64,000 nt of DNA from a virus, in the IMG/VR virus record IMGVR_UViG_3300034198_017889, positions 39,845 through 103,844 of that record; one strand, written 5' to 3'. Of this stretch, positions 11,701 through 20,803 are shown one piece after another. The translations under genes and the position numbers were made by a program. The notes beneath the pieces are model-generated. The model was not told the origin of the DNA, did not search any database, and saw only the letters and a program-made list of their open reading frames with translations. The first letter of the stretch is position 1. Each line of letters opens with the position of its first letter.

Positions 11701-14700
11701 TTACAGCTACCGGATTTTCTGAAAATACACTTACAATTGATGCGTCTTCAGGAGCTATTATAGGATCCACCAGAACCGCGACCACTAGCTCACCCATACC
11801 TATAACAATAACTGCTATTAACGCAGCTGGATCATCTGCACCTGTTATAGTTTACTTGGTCGTGAAATCCACAACCCAAATACTGAATATTAATGGAAGT
11901 AATGCCACGATCTGCCAACTATTAGATAACACAGATAATCCAACCGGACTAACTTTGACGGGCTTACCATCTTGGCTTACATTCAACTACCCAGCCGTTA
12001 ATAATTGCAATATATCTGGGACTATTCCCACCGGTCAGGTATCAACACAATCATTTACTACTCAGTTAACAAGAATTTATGGAACTGGGTCCACAGTCCA
12101 GAATTTATTAATTAGTATTACACAACCACCTGTAATTACTTCTCCAAATCAAAACAAATACGACATAGCTCCACCTGATTTTAATAGCAGAGTATACACA
12201 ACCAGTTCACCATTACTCACAGTTCAAACCACGAACTCACCCATTTCCTTCTCAGCTACAGGTCTCCCACCAGGATTAACCGTGGATTCTCTAGGCAGAG
12301 TAATTGGTGGACCTGTTACAGTGGTAGGTGATTATGCTGTGAGTATAGCAGCCACAAATTCAGTTGGTTCCTCCGCACTAGCTTATTGCACAATAGCTGT
12401 TACTAGTAACTTAAAAAACATAACATTAACTAAAGAAACTCCCGTCTGTGAGAAAATTAATACTGAAGATGCTGCAACAATATACTCCATTTCAGGTAAG
12501 TTACCATCAGGAATATCCTTTAATGGCTCCCCAAGTATTAACTGCAATTTCTCGGGGACTCCCCTGGTAAGTAATACCGTGGGTGCATATCCAATTCTTA
12601 TAACTAGTAAATATCTTGGAGGATCTAGCACTAGCACTACGAATTTAAACCTAATAGATGTACCTAAGATAACTTATCCTGTTAGTGCAACTACATTTAA
12701 AATATACCCACCAGACTTTACTACTTCAGGGGCGGACACAACCACATTCACAGATGTATCCCCGCTCCTGACTGTACTAGCCACAAACTCACCCATATCT
12801 TTTGCGGCCACCGGGCTTCCATCCGGTTTATCCATCACCAACCAGGGAAATATAGTTGGAAAAATTACAGAGAGCAGCGGAACATTCAATGTTTCAGTTG
12901 TTGCAACAAATTCTGTAGGAGCGTCAGCTTCATTAGTATTCAATCTGTCTCTCTCCAATGTTTCCCCAACTATAAACGCTTATCAGGGTAAGGATCTATG
13001 CTATAAGTTTCCAATTCTAAGTAATGCTACCTCGTACTCATTATCTGGTGATGTTCCACCCTGGATAACAATAAACCCGTCCACAAAGGCAACCTGCCAC
13101 ATCAGCGCCACAAGCCAAACCATATCAGCTAACAACGTTTATAACTTTGTGCTAAACGCTGTGATTTCTGGCGCGAACATAAAGCAAAACCAAACCCTTA
13201 ATTACACAGCAATACCACAGATATCCTCACCTTCTACTAATTCTACCGTTGGTGTGGTTGATTTAGTGACTTTTACAGAGAATTATCCAGCAATTGCTAT
13301 TACAGCTAATAATAACCCAACAACATACACATGTAACCCTAGTTTGCCGGCAGGCCTTAGTCTATCAACATCTGGAAAAGTTATAGGGAAAGTATCAGCC
13401 GCTGCAGGTAATTATTCAGTTACATTAAGCGCTACTAACTCAGCCGGCAGCAGTTCAGTTGTTGTTAATTTTGTTGTGTCACGAACCACCAACAATACTT
13501 TATCGTCAGTCGCAACCGAGAATAACCAATACTGTTACAAGATCTCAGGTCTGGGGTTAGCAACAAGCTACGGATATTCAGGCACATTACCACCATGGCT
13601 AACTTTTGATGGGGGTGTGAGCGCAACCTGTAATTTATATGGAACCGGAGAGGGAGCTACTAACGAAACATATAATCTAACATTAATAGGCTACTATGGA
13701 AATTCATCTGTGTCTGTTAACTTTAGTTTGCGCTACTCAGCTAAGCCAACCATAACATATCCGATTGCTGGGTCTATATTCACAATTACACCACCAGACT
13801 ACAACAGTAAGGTGTTTACTCTGGCGTCCCCACTTTTTAAAGCTGCGGCAAGTAATAATCCGACTTCATTTGAGGCCACCGGATTTAATGCGAATACACT
13901 TAGAATTGACTCAGCTTCAGGGGCAATCATAGGGTCTACCGGCCCATTGGTGATCAACACCCCAGTACCTATATCAATCACAGCGATTAATTCAGCTGGA
14001 CGCTCACAGCCTGTCACAGTTTATTTGCAGGTGAATTCCACAAGCCAAACAATAAACATTGATGGGAGTAGTAACTCTGTTTGTTCACTATTAAACTTAT
14101 CGGATAACCCCACGGGTTTAACCATCACAGGTTTACCCAGCTGGCTTTATCTCAATTACCCAGCTATTAATAATTGCACTATCTCTGGGACTATTCCTTC
14201 GTTAATAACCACCAATCAGACATTCACAACCCAACTCACTAGAAGTTATGGGGTTGGAGCAACACTACAAAAGATAACATTTAATGTGGTGAGACCGCCC
14301 GTGATCACTTCCCCAAATCAAAACAAATACGACATAGCTCCACCTGATTTTAATAGCAGAGTATACACAACCAGTTCACCATTACTCACAATTCAAACCA
14401 CGAACACACCCACAACCATAACCGCTACAGGTCTCCCACCAGGATTAACCGTGGATTCTCTAGGCAGAGTAATTGGTGGACCTGTTACGGTTACGGGTAC
14501 TTATAACCCAGAATTCACAGCACATAACTTCGCAGGATCTTCCACAGCTAGCTGTGAGATATTAGCCACCAATATTACGGAAGTAATCAGCGCCTTGGAG
14601 GGTGTGGCTTTGTGCAAATCAATAATAACCCGTGATGGTGCAACAAGTTATTCACTCTCAGGAGCTTTACCAACAGGCTTGGTATTTGACGGTTCACCGG

Positions 14701-17393
14701 CTGCCCCATGCTCCTTCTCAGGAACTCCCACAGGTGCCAGCAATACTGGAGTATTTCCTGTGGATATATTAAGTACATATATAGGAGGATCCAGCAAAAC
14801 CACAGTTAATTTTAATTTCGTGGCTGTTCCCAAAATAACCACAACAACCGCCACATATAGGATTTTACCAAGTACTTATATTTCAGGATCACCCTATACA
14901 GACAGTCAACCAATCATAAGTATATCATCTTTAAACGACCCAACCGCATTCTCCGCAACGGGGCTTCCACCAGGATTAACCGTCACATGTTACGGTAACA
15001 TAGTTGGGTCACTGTCCGCACAGTCTGTGGGGCTATACTCTGTATCGGTAACCGCAGCAAATAGTGCGGGAACTTCAAAAATTTATAAATTCAGTTTAGA
15101 CTTAACTAAGAAAAAATCAATTATATCTTGGTCTAATCCTCAACCGATGGTTTACGGTACGGCTCTCAGTGAAACCCAATTAAACGCCGAAGCCAAAGAC
15201 TCAGCAAATATCGCTATACCTGGGATATTCACATATTCACCTTCTGCAGGTCAGGTGCTCTCAGCTGGAACAAAAACGCTGTCTGTTACGTTCACACCAA
15301 ATAACTCCGTAGATATAGACATAGCCACAAAGTCAGTAAGTATAAATATCTCAAAGATAACTCCTACTATAACTTGGGCTAACCCAAACCCGATAGATTT
15401 CGGCACCTTACTCGGAGACACACAACTTAACGCCACGGTTGATGGTGCTGTGGTGGGTGGTCAAAATATTTCTATAGCCGGAAAAATGGTTTATTCACCT
15501 GCTCCGTTATCCACGCCAAACGCCGGAACGGACACCCTCACGGCCACCTTTACCCCTACTGACACACTCAACTATAGCACTGCAAGAAAGACTGTGACTA
15601 TATTAGTTGAGAAGATACATCCATATGTGAGTTGGCCAACACCCTCAACCATTATATACGGAACAGCCCTAACCAATAGTCAGTTAAATGCTAAAGCTTA
15701 TTTATCTGAGTCGAATACCGCAACAACAGTATCCGGCACTTTTACGTATAGTCCGATATTAGGTTCAGTTCTTGATGCACCAGCTCAAACCTTAACTACT
15801 ACTTTTATACCTACCACGCCAAGTAATTACCTCCCTGATCCTGTTGTCAAAACTGTGCAAATTACCATAGAGAAAGCTACTCCAACAATTGTTTGGCCTT
15901 CACCAGCTAGTCTAACATATGGAGAATTTCTAAGTTCAACCCAACTCAACGCCTCAGAGAAAAACTCAGTACCTGGAGTTTTCTCTTACTCTCCAGCCTC
16001 TGGGGTAAAACTTAACTCAGGATCATCCCAAACACTATCAACTACATTCACACCCACAGCCTCAAATAACTATAAAACAGTTAGTACTACCACAAAAATT
16101 ACTGTAAATAAAGCCACTCCAACCATAAACTGGGACACACCTTCTCCTATATCCTACGGAACACCACTTAGCACAACTCAGCTGAATGCATCAGTTCAGG
16201 AAGCTGTTCCTGGGGTGTTTGAATATTTGCCAGCTATAGGAACCGTGCTTGCGGGTGGGTCTAAATCATTACAAGTTACTTTCACCCCTGAAGATCTTTT
16301 AAATTACAATAAGGTGACTAGAACTGTCTCAATACTTGTAAATCCAGCTACCCCGGTGATCACGTGGCCCGCAATCACTAGTATAACGTATGGAACATTG
16401 ATTGGTGTTACCCAGTTAAACGCTGAAGCCAGAAACCCTAATGGAGATAACTCGATTGCCCCTGGAACTTTAACATACTCGGTGAGCTCTGGTACAAAAT
16501 TAAATGCGGACACATACAGCCTAACCGTCTCCTTCACACCATCAGATATAAAAAACTTCAACTCAGTCACAGGTACAAACACATTAATTGTTAATAAAGT
16601 GATTCCTAGATTATTGTGGGGTAGCCTTAAAGATATTACATATCCTAAGGTTTTAACAACAGAACTCAACGCCACCGCCGTTGAGGGTACCTCCACAACC
16701 GTATCAGGTACTTTTGAATATACTGATAGCGGAAATAATATTTTAACCACAGGATCGCTACTCAACGCCGGATATAACACAATAACAGCAAAATTCTCAC
16801 CCACCGATACAGTTAATTACGCAATACCAGCTAATATAACAAACACTCTCCAAGTACTCAGGGGCTTTCCTTATGTTACTTGGGAGACTAGGTCCCCCTC
16901 TACCTTACCGTACTCAAGTAAATACCTGGGACTGGACCATATCCTAGGAGCTTATACTGCATCCACAGGAGCCGTCGCTGTTCCTGGTGTTTTTTCAAAA
17001 TCCCCAGAATCACTCACAAAAAATACAACCAGCATAACTCCACCAAACAACACCCTGCAAATCTCAGGAGGTTTCACACCAACAGATACCGCAAATTGGT
17101 ACTCTGTGAGTAAAGCACAAACAATATATTCTAGTATATGTTCTCCCACAGTTACATGGAGTACACCGGCTCCATTAAGTTTAGGAGGCAACACATCAGT
17201 AACTCTCACAAGCGCACAATTAAATGCAGTTGTGACTGACTGTGGTGGCGACCCCGCCTTGGGTACGATTGTGTATACACCACCAATAGGTTCAACTATT
17301 TCCGAAACAACAGTTGTTTATATGGAATTCACATCATCCAACGATAAAATCCTGAATGCTGTGGTGTATCGTACTGTTGCGGTTACCTCTTGA
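5745..17393 (+). CDS. Giant Ig-repeat tail fibre/adhesin (3882 aa)
   Basis: Paralogous N-terminal module, then many NSPTSFSATGLPxGL...ATNxxG putative-Ig (He_PIG-like) repeats, then ~80-aa KATPTIxW..P..IxYGT.L...QLNA repeats. Confidence 0.8.
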   Translation: MPALEYLSGNSLISYPFKDGRAVNSYLPLGDDTFLDALFVISGEVGISRPYISHISTAQSVITFELSDVVGGLFGVVELPTSSAVNHLDSVGDNFFHVTNSTWSAKFVFGPGIFELHTPGINIQFTPDETEFSPSVVIHTVPMVTALNFESYHNDGTLAAQTPEAVHIYSPGEEAKMTNGSNNVFNFLSPETMYLDIQRGAGTGLHDPCASGNITDIYSINRITPDSQGSMFFSASDCYSMELLTYNDTQLYSFIPDIASRYGDFATPIPQIGNTPGYTQYFNAIAPEMGGHGLVMQNHCQPKCPPQNLNAFAEYLNRVTDGAAELYKFVSNSYETYGTGTLSGDIFTVEVFCGTTLPDNWVSGVCSGSFTKYFHEGKTLQIRYDSTTIKSYKILDVLSNSAVRLNLEATNPPTINVSGPAPFKILELGIKNKLNSAILTNNEKLLTKNVPSIDINYGTVEAYNAVKDYGTFITAIVVIYNPTPAPLNFSVSWDTNNITKVVPSSIKTKTSSGVISYGGTVGIINCKDYATFEAIFFIPCSTSENSPNEGSVTFNVLNTADNLDLENSPKSVMATAATCVSADQAIIYVKALEGAPFSYYLPVGPGVTSLSFSGNAPNWLTFDNSITPGAGNLHGTPTGSVSGSYTISAGINSAGGSTAQTIVLTYVAKPRIVYPEDSSTIQIYPPDTNSRTYTEGAPLTPIVATNSPSGYSIVGAPLGLRQVGNGLIGQITLGSNPTFPINYVLTMSASNEAGESLPVTVNLELTNVPISTPAATYGTQFCYSIISGPEVLSQSVITSLPNWLSFNPAVNLVSSTTPPVCSLSGMNTSYSGKPEIVIVRQNLKGGSYRLVQYIIPYSSIPNITYPTPGAIFNVYPPNFVNSGDGATVFTAAYPLLKVYSTNTTTSFNATGLPLGLSIDNSGNIVGKITSGAGIYSTTITATNSVGTSPPVTFSFDLLDQVPTINAYQGKAFCYKFPILNNASSFSISGDIPPWLTVSSSVNTSCHISSAKLSQPQSQSYNLLVSADINKANISQAQIINYVALPKISYPTSGQVINLTAADYQNILFTTDFPLATIIASNSPTSYSASGLPTGLSITPNGKIIGKTSATAGDYDVVLTATNGAGSESISVTFHISSSGIRDLAFPNMPYCYKIAGFGAVDRYEYSGTLPDWLTFDGSPTALCNLYGTGTGTTGEVYDLTLTGYNGTSSTSLPYTLSYAITPTITYPIAGSIFTITPPDYNSKVFTLNSPLFKVTATNNPTTFRATGFPSNTFSIDPATGSIIGSTRTVTTNTPTPITITAVNAAGTSESITVYLVVSSTSQTLGIDGSTGEVCSLLSLADNPTGLTLTGLPSWLTFSYPAVNNCNISGTIPTGQVSTQSFTAQLTRIYGTGSTVQNLLISITRPPVITSPDQNIYDIAPPDFNSRIYTTLLPLLTVQATNNPTSFSATGLPPGLTINSSGRVIGGPVTVVGDYAVSITATNSVGSSSTALCTISVTNSIKNITVARETAICEKIITADGATVYSTVGKLPSGISFNGSPNINCNFSGTPLVSNPVGVYPINITSKYLGGSSTSTTNLNLIAVPKITYPISSAIFKIYPPDFTAVSGDSTTFTAGYPLLTVLATNSPISFSATGLPSGLTIDNSGNIVGKITSGVGTFNVSVIATNSVGTSSALSFSLSLVNTVPIISAYQGKDLCYKFPILSNATAYSLSGDVPPWVTVNTSASAACHISATNPSLNASTTYELVLSTVIGGANIKQSQVIKYTASPKISSPQANLVVSVSDLITFTENYPAVAVFASNSPTLYSCTPGLPAGLSITKTGKVIGKVGATAGNHNVAISATNAAGSDSVVVTFNVVRSSNNTLSSAAIFGESYCFKIQGMGTATSYGYSGTLPEWLTFNSDVGATCNLYGTATGLTNEIYNITLIGYYGDSSVSYNFSLQYSAKPTITYPIAGSVFTITPPDYKSKTFTLTAPLFKAAATNNPTSFTATGFSENTLTIDASSGAIIGSTRTATTSSPIPITITAINAAGSSAPVIVYLVVKSTTQILNINGSNATICQLLDNTDNPTGLTLTGLPSWLTFNYPAVNNCNISGTIPTGQVSTQSFTTQLTRIYGTGSTVQNLLISITQPPVITSPNQNKYDIAPPDFNSRVYTTSSPLLTVQTTNSPISFSATGLPPGLTVDSLGRVIGGPVTVVGDYAVSIAATNSVGSSALAYCTIAVTSNLKNITLTKETPVCEKINTEDAATIYSISGKLPSGISFNGSPSINCNFSGTPLVSNTVGAYPILITSKYLGGSSTSTTNLNLIDVPKITYPVSATTFKIYPPDFTTSGADTTTFTDVSPLLTVLATNSPISFAATGLPSGLSITNQGNIVGKITESSGTFNVSVVATNSVGASASLVFNLSLSNVSPTINAYQGKDLCYKFPILSNATSYSLSGDVPPWITINPSTKATCHISATSQTISANNVYNFVLNAVISGANIKQNQTLNYTAIPQISSPSTNSTVGVVDLVTFTENYPAIAITANNNPTTYTCNPSLPAGLSLSTSGKVIGKVSAAAGNYSVTLSATNSAGSSSVVVNFVVSRTTNNTLSSVATENNQYCYKISGLGLATSYGYSGTLPPWLTFDGGVSATCNLYGTGEGATNETYNLTLIGYYGNSSVSVNFSLRYSAKPTITYPIAGSIFTITPPDYNSKVFTLASPLFKAAASNNPTSFEATGFNANTLRIDSASGAIIGSTGPLVINTPVPISITAINSAGRSQPVTVYLQVNSTSQTINIDGSSNSVCSLLNLSDNPTGLTITGLPSWLYLNYPAINNCTISGTIPSLITTNQTFTTQLTRSYGVGATLQKITFNVVRPPVITSPNQNKYDIAPPDFNSRVYTTSSPLLTIQTTNTPTTITATGLPPGLTVDSLGRVIGGPVTVTGTYNPEFTAHNFAGSSTASCEILATNITEVISALEGVALCKSIITRDGATSYSLSGALPTGLVFDGSPAAPCSFSGTPTGASNTGVFPVDILSTYIGGSSKTTVNFNFVAVPKITTTTATYRILPSTYISGSPYTDSQPIISISSLNDPTAFSATGLPPGLTVTCYGNIVGSLSAQSVGLYSVSVTAANSAGTSKIYKFSLDLTKKKSIISWSNPQPMVYGTALSETQLNAEAKDSANIAIPGIFTYSPSAGQVLSAGTKTLSVTFTPNNSVDIDIATKSVSINISKITPTITWANPNPIDFGTLLGDTQLNATVDGAVVGGQNISIAGKMVYSPAPLSTPNAGTDTLTATFTPTDTLNYSTARKTVTILVEKIHPYVSWPTPSTIIYGTALTNSQLNAKAYLSESNTATTVSGTFTYSPILGSVLDAPAQTLTTTFIPTTPSNYLPDPVVKTVQITIEKATPTIVWPSPASLTYGEFLSSTQLNASEKNSVPGVFSYSPASGVKLNSGSSQTLSTTFTPTASNNYKTVSTTTKITVNKATPTINWDTPSPISYGTPLSTTQLNASVQEAVPGVFEYLPAIGTVLAGGSKSLQVTFTPEDLLNYNKVTRTVSILVNPATPVITWPAITSITYGTLIGVTQLNAEARNPNGDNSIAPGTLTYSVSSGTKLNADTYSLTVSFTPSDIKNFNSVTGTNTLIVNKVIPRLLWGSLKDITYPKVLTTELNATAVEGTSTTVSGTFEYTDSGNNILTTGSLLNAGYNTITAKFSPTDTVNYAIPANITNTLQVLRGFPYVTWETRSPSTLPYSSKYLGLDHILGAYTASTGAVAVPGVFSKSPESLTKNTTSITPPNNTLQISGGFTPTDTANWYSVSKAQTIYSSICSPTVTWSTPAPLSLGGNTSVTLTSAQLNAVVTDCGGDPALGTIVYTPPIGSTISETTVVYMEFTSSNDKILNAVVYRTVAVTS
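8322..14826 (+). repeat. Three tandem ~2,169-bp (~723 aa) intragenic super-repeats
   Basis: Equivalent PxITYP/PKIT anchors at 8322, 10491, 12660 and 14826 (spacings 2169, 2169, 2166), with long identical DNA blocks between units. Confidence 0.9.
15107..17390 (+). repeat. About 8-9 ~80-aa Big/MBG-like repeats at the fibre C-terminus
   Basis: Recurrent (K)xTPxIxW...YGT.L...QLNA...GxFxYS...L.AG...L..TFTP.D..NY. Confidence 0.75.
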
Positions 17394-17434
17394 GGTTAAT
17401 CAAAAAACACATATTAACTATAAAAAAATACAAT

Positions 17435-17462
17435 TTGATGTTGTGCTATGTGCGCGTATAAT
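17435..17462 (+). promoter_or_regulatory. Sigma70-like promoter
   Basis: TTGATG-N16-TATAAT, 14 nt before ATG 17477. Confidence 0.5.
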
Positions 17463-17476
17463 CAATATTTAAGACC

Positions 17477-18802
17477 ATGGCAATTAACACTCTAAATTTT
17501 TTAAACAAGAACCAGTTTAGGAACTACCCCATCAAGGCGGAATCCGAGTTAATGGCTATTGATGGTAAGAAGATAACCACGGAACTTTTAGTGGGCTGCA
17601 GCATATCTACCACCAAGAACAGGCGTAATCTATTCATACACCAGGTCACTGTATCTTCTAATAACATATCTATTGTTGTTGCCGCACACTTAGATAACGG
17701 AGATTTTGAGAGTTTGGGTATTTTTTCTGGTCTGGTGGTTTCAGATTTCACAGAGTTACAATTGAGCGCTTTTTCTCCTTTCGTGAGTGGGAGTATAATA
17801 ATTGGCTCTGTTGAGGCTATGAGAGCCTTGAGTGGGGTGTATACTTTTCCTGAGGACGCTCTACCTCTAGAGGAATCAACTATTTTTTACTACACACCGC
17901 CCGCCGTAACCAGTGTTGTTAATAACCATTTGAGTCTCAGGGGTAATGTAAAATTTGGAGTATTGAACAATCTAGTAAAATCTAGGGATGGTAACAATAT
18001 TCTTTTTGGTGTTATTGATTCAGCGAGTGTAGCCAGCTTGGCAGATACACACTCATCGTTCAATAACTGTAGTACACCAGTTATTAGATATGTGAATGGT
18101 GCTGTGCCATTCTATGACAATTCTGAAAATTACGAAGATCTACAGGGAAATCTTTTTATGGTGGGTGTGTCGCCAATTGTTTTCTACGGCAAACAAGGTG
18201 AAAATACCACAAATGGTGAAAATTTACCTGTATTTAATGGTAGTATAGCCACAGGTACTGTAGCAATTTCTGGAGCCCCACTAACACTACAATCGCTATG
18301 CACCACACGTAATTCAGTTCTACCACCTATATCTCCAACGTATATCCACAATATGCCAAATGATATTAGTGACAACCCAACCTTCATAGGTAAGAAGAAT
18401 TATTATTCCAAGTCAGAATATACTCCGGTTAATTTCATTGACGCAGATATGCCTGAGTTTTCGTGGTGGCCTCAATTCTTAAAAGGAATAACTCCATTAA
18501 GGCCAGTAACTGCTAGTCAGCTATCATCAGCCACCATAGGTACAGCGCCAGTTCTCACAGATACCAAAAAAATTCTGGCTGTTACACTTATAAACACCGG
18601 TGAGGCCCAGATTTCTGTAACAATTAAAATGGACGGACTAGCCCTGCCGGATTACACAGAGATAATTTTAGAGCCTCATAGATCCACCACAATTAAAGGA
18701 AAACTAGAGACTCTGGTTGTATCAGGTAGTTTGTTTACTATATACTTCAATAGTGTGACTGGTGGGAATTCTTTCGTACAGCCATACGTATTCTATAGAT
18801 AA
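17477..18802 (+). CDS. Structural protein, NxxxxYP paralogue (441 aa)
   Basis: FLNKNQFRNYP; C-x-TPVIRYVNGAVP. Confidence 0.55.
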   Translation: MAINTLNFLNKNQFRNYPIKAESELMAIDGKKITTELLVGCSISTTKNRRNLFIHQVTVSSNNISIVVAAHLDNGDFESLGIFSGLVVSDFTELQLSAFSPFVSGSIIIGSVEAMRALSGVYTFPEDALPLEESTIFYYTPPAVTSVVNNHLSLRGNVKFGVLNNLVKSRDGNNILFGVIDSASVASLADTHSSFNNCSTPVIRYVNGAVPFYDNSENYEDLQGNLFMVGVSPIVFYGKQGENTTNGENLPVFNGSIATGTVAISGAPLTLQSLCTTRNSVLPPISPTYIHNMPNDISDNPTFIGKKNYYSKSEYTPVNFIDADMPEFSWWPQFLKGITPLRPVTASQLSSATIGTAPVLTDTKKILAVTLINTGEAQISVTIKMDGLALPDYTEIILEPHRSTTIKGKLETLVVSGSLFTIYFNSVTGGNSFVQPYVFYR

Positions 18803-18804
18803 TC

Positions 18805-19572
18805 ATGGCAGACTACACCGTACTAGGTTGGCAAAACGAAAATGGGCTAAGTAATTACCCATTCATAGATCCTTTTGATATACAGGACCTATTCGTGGAT
18901 GCTGCGTTCATTCAATTTGATAATTTTACTCCTACACTCTCATCAGTACAGGTAGGAACAAATTATATAGATGTATCTATAATTTTTGATGATGGATTAG
19001 CTAAGAGCCGCTACACTTCCTCTGAAAATAATGCAGGAGTGCGAGAGTTAAGATTTTACAGTGAGATTGATGATAGATATTTAGGAGTGATTACTCTTGG
19101 TAGCGGTGTATCCACAGCCTGGAGTTATCACACAGGACAAAACCTACAAAAAAACCTAAAATTTATCTCTACCACTGTTAGAAGCATACCTTCTAATAGT
19201 GCAGTATATAAACTGGATGGTTCATATGGAGATATAACCCTAGGGGCAACCCAAGACTTGGCAGATGTATACACAGAGATTGGTGGTATAGTTTACCAGT
19301 CCTCAGCGGGAGGAAACACCGTATTTTATAATTTTGAATCTATTAAAAAAAATATAACATTCAACGCAGTTGCTAATCACAAGATACCAGCCAACAATGG
19401 TATCTACCCCCTTAAGAAGATTAATTTAGTTAATCCTATAAAAAATAATGTATATATTTCTAGCAACGATGTAATTAAGTTTAGTTCCATTAATAATCAA
19501 AACTTAAGCATATACCTGGTAGGTCAGAACATTAGTGGGTCAGCTATTCTACCCTCAACATTAGCTAATTAA
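18805..19572 (+). CDS. Structural protein, NxxxxYP paralogue (255 aa)
   Basis: WQNENGLSNYPF; LKKINLVNP. Confidence 0.55.
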   Translation: MADYTVLGWQNENGLSNYPFIDPFDIQDLFVDAAFIQFDNFTPTLSSVQVGTNYIDVSIIFDDGLAKSRYTSSENNAGVRELRFYSEIDDRYLGVITLGSGVSTAWSYHTGQNLQKNLKFISTTVRSIPSNSAVYKLDGSYGDITLGATQDLADVYTEIGGIVYQSSAGGNTVFYNFESIKKNITFNAVANHKIPANNGIYPLKKINLVNPIKNNVYISSNDVIKFSSINNQNLSIYLVGQNISGSAILPSTLAN

Positions 19573-19573
19573 T

Positions 19574-20458
19574 ATGGAAGTAATTGAATGGCTTAACGAG
19601 AATGAATTGAGAGCTTATCCTCTCGTGGAGGGTAGAACATACACGGCTGTGCCTGAAAATGCATTTTTGGACCTACAACTAGTTCTAGATTCTCAAACTT
19701 CCCCTATACTAGCCCGTTTACTCGATATCCTGGTAACATCTAGTGAAATCACAATACATTTTACTGGAAATGAGTTTAAATTAACCTATCAAGATATTGA
19801 GACACTCCAATTTCCTCAATACATAAGAAATAGCCAGGGAAGTTTGGTTGTTTTGGGGTCTGGTATAAAAAATATTCCTATGGGAGAAATTTTAAACTGT
19901 CCTGTGCCTGTGGAGCCGGCTACTGTGTATCAGTTTGGTGGAGCTTGGTTAGGTGTATCAAGTATCAATGGTAACCCTAAGTATTTAACCACCGTGGGTA
20001 CTATAGACCCAAAACTTCCTCTAGTTCCTGATTTATCATCAGAGGGATTAACAGGAGATGTAAATTTTTCGCCAGGATACAACTACAGAATAAACTTTAA
20101 CAATAACCTCATAAATATGGCTGTGGGTTTTGGATATGGGTTACAGATGAGCTGTAATACTAATTTTATAGATCCAACTCTACTGGATTGTGGTGATATT
20201 GTTTCGTATATTAATGGTGTACCACCCGACAGCTCAGGAGTGTTCAGGTTCACAGCAGGATCCAACATATACTTGTTTGATGGAAATTCTGTTGCTTCAC
20301 CAATATACGACGATAAGGTAACCCCAACGTTGACTACTTATACAGATCTATCCGGAAATTCCCACGACGGGCTCAACGCAAATACAATTTTTGTTGGGTT
20401 GACATTCCTTGAAACCGATTTATGCTCTCCTGTACAACTGTTACCCACAAATAACTAA
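19574..20458 (+). CDS. Structural protein, NxxxxYP paralogue (294 aa)
   Basis: WLNENELRAYP; C-GDIVSYINGVPPD. Confidence 0.55.
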   Translation: MEVIEWLNENELRAYPLVEGRTYTAVPENAFLDLQLVLDSQTSPILARLLDILVTSSEITIHFTGNEFKLTYQDIETLQFPQYIRNSQGSLVVLGSGIKNIPMGEILNCPVPVEPATVYQFGGAWLGVSSINGNPKYLTTVGTIDPKLPLVPDLSSEGLTGDVNFSPGYNYRINFNNNLINMAVGFGYGLQMSCNTNFIDPTLLDCGDIVSYINGVPPDSSGVFRFTAGSNIYLFDGNSVASPIYDDKVTPTLTTYTDLSGNSHDGLNANTIFVGLTFLETDLCSPVQLLPTNN

Positions 20459-20459
20459 T

Positions 20460-20783
20460 ATGAATATACAACCAGGAAAAAAAAGGCTGGTACTCACCAG
20501 TGTTAACCAAATATTAACGTTAATAAGGGCAAACCCGGCGCTGCAGAGCCTACCTAGATTCAAGGGTCTCCAAGACAAAGAATTAAGCACAACACCTGTA
20601 AAAAGCTGCAATTGTGCTAAAAACATAAAAACACCAGACGTTAACAAGCAGATCCTAGAAAACACGCTCTCTTCGCTTAATACTCAGGACTTTCAAGCCG
20701 TGAAGAATGCACTTGGATTGGATGAGCTCTGTTATTACAACAGAGATGCATCTACTAAGAAATTAGAGATGATTTGTGTTTAA
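20460..20783 (+). CDS. Hypothetical protein with CxC motif
   Basis: ATG 20460 directly after previous stop; KSCNC. Confidence 0.6.
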   Translation: MNIQPGKKRLVLTSVNQILTLIRANPALQSLPRFKGLQDKELSTTPVKSCNCAKNIKTPDVNKQILENTLSSLNTQDFQAVKNALGLDELCYYNRDASTKKLEMICV

Positions 20784-20803
20784 TTAGCTGATATACTCTG
20801 TAA

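Noticed and set aside
8322-14826. Diversity-generating retroelement TR/VR pair
   Set aside because: No reverse transcriptase in the window; differences are not adenine-specific; repeats are in-frame domains.
5918-17209. Repeating reverse-strand ORFs within the giant gene
   Set aside because: Shadow frames of the repetitive T/S/G-rich coding strand.
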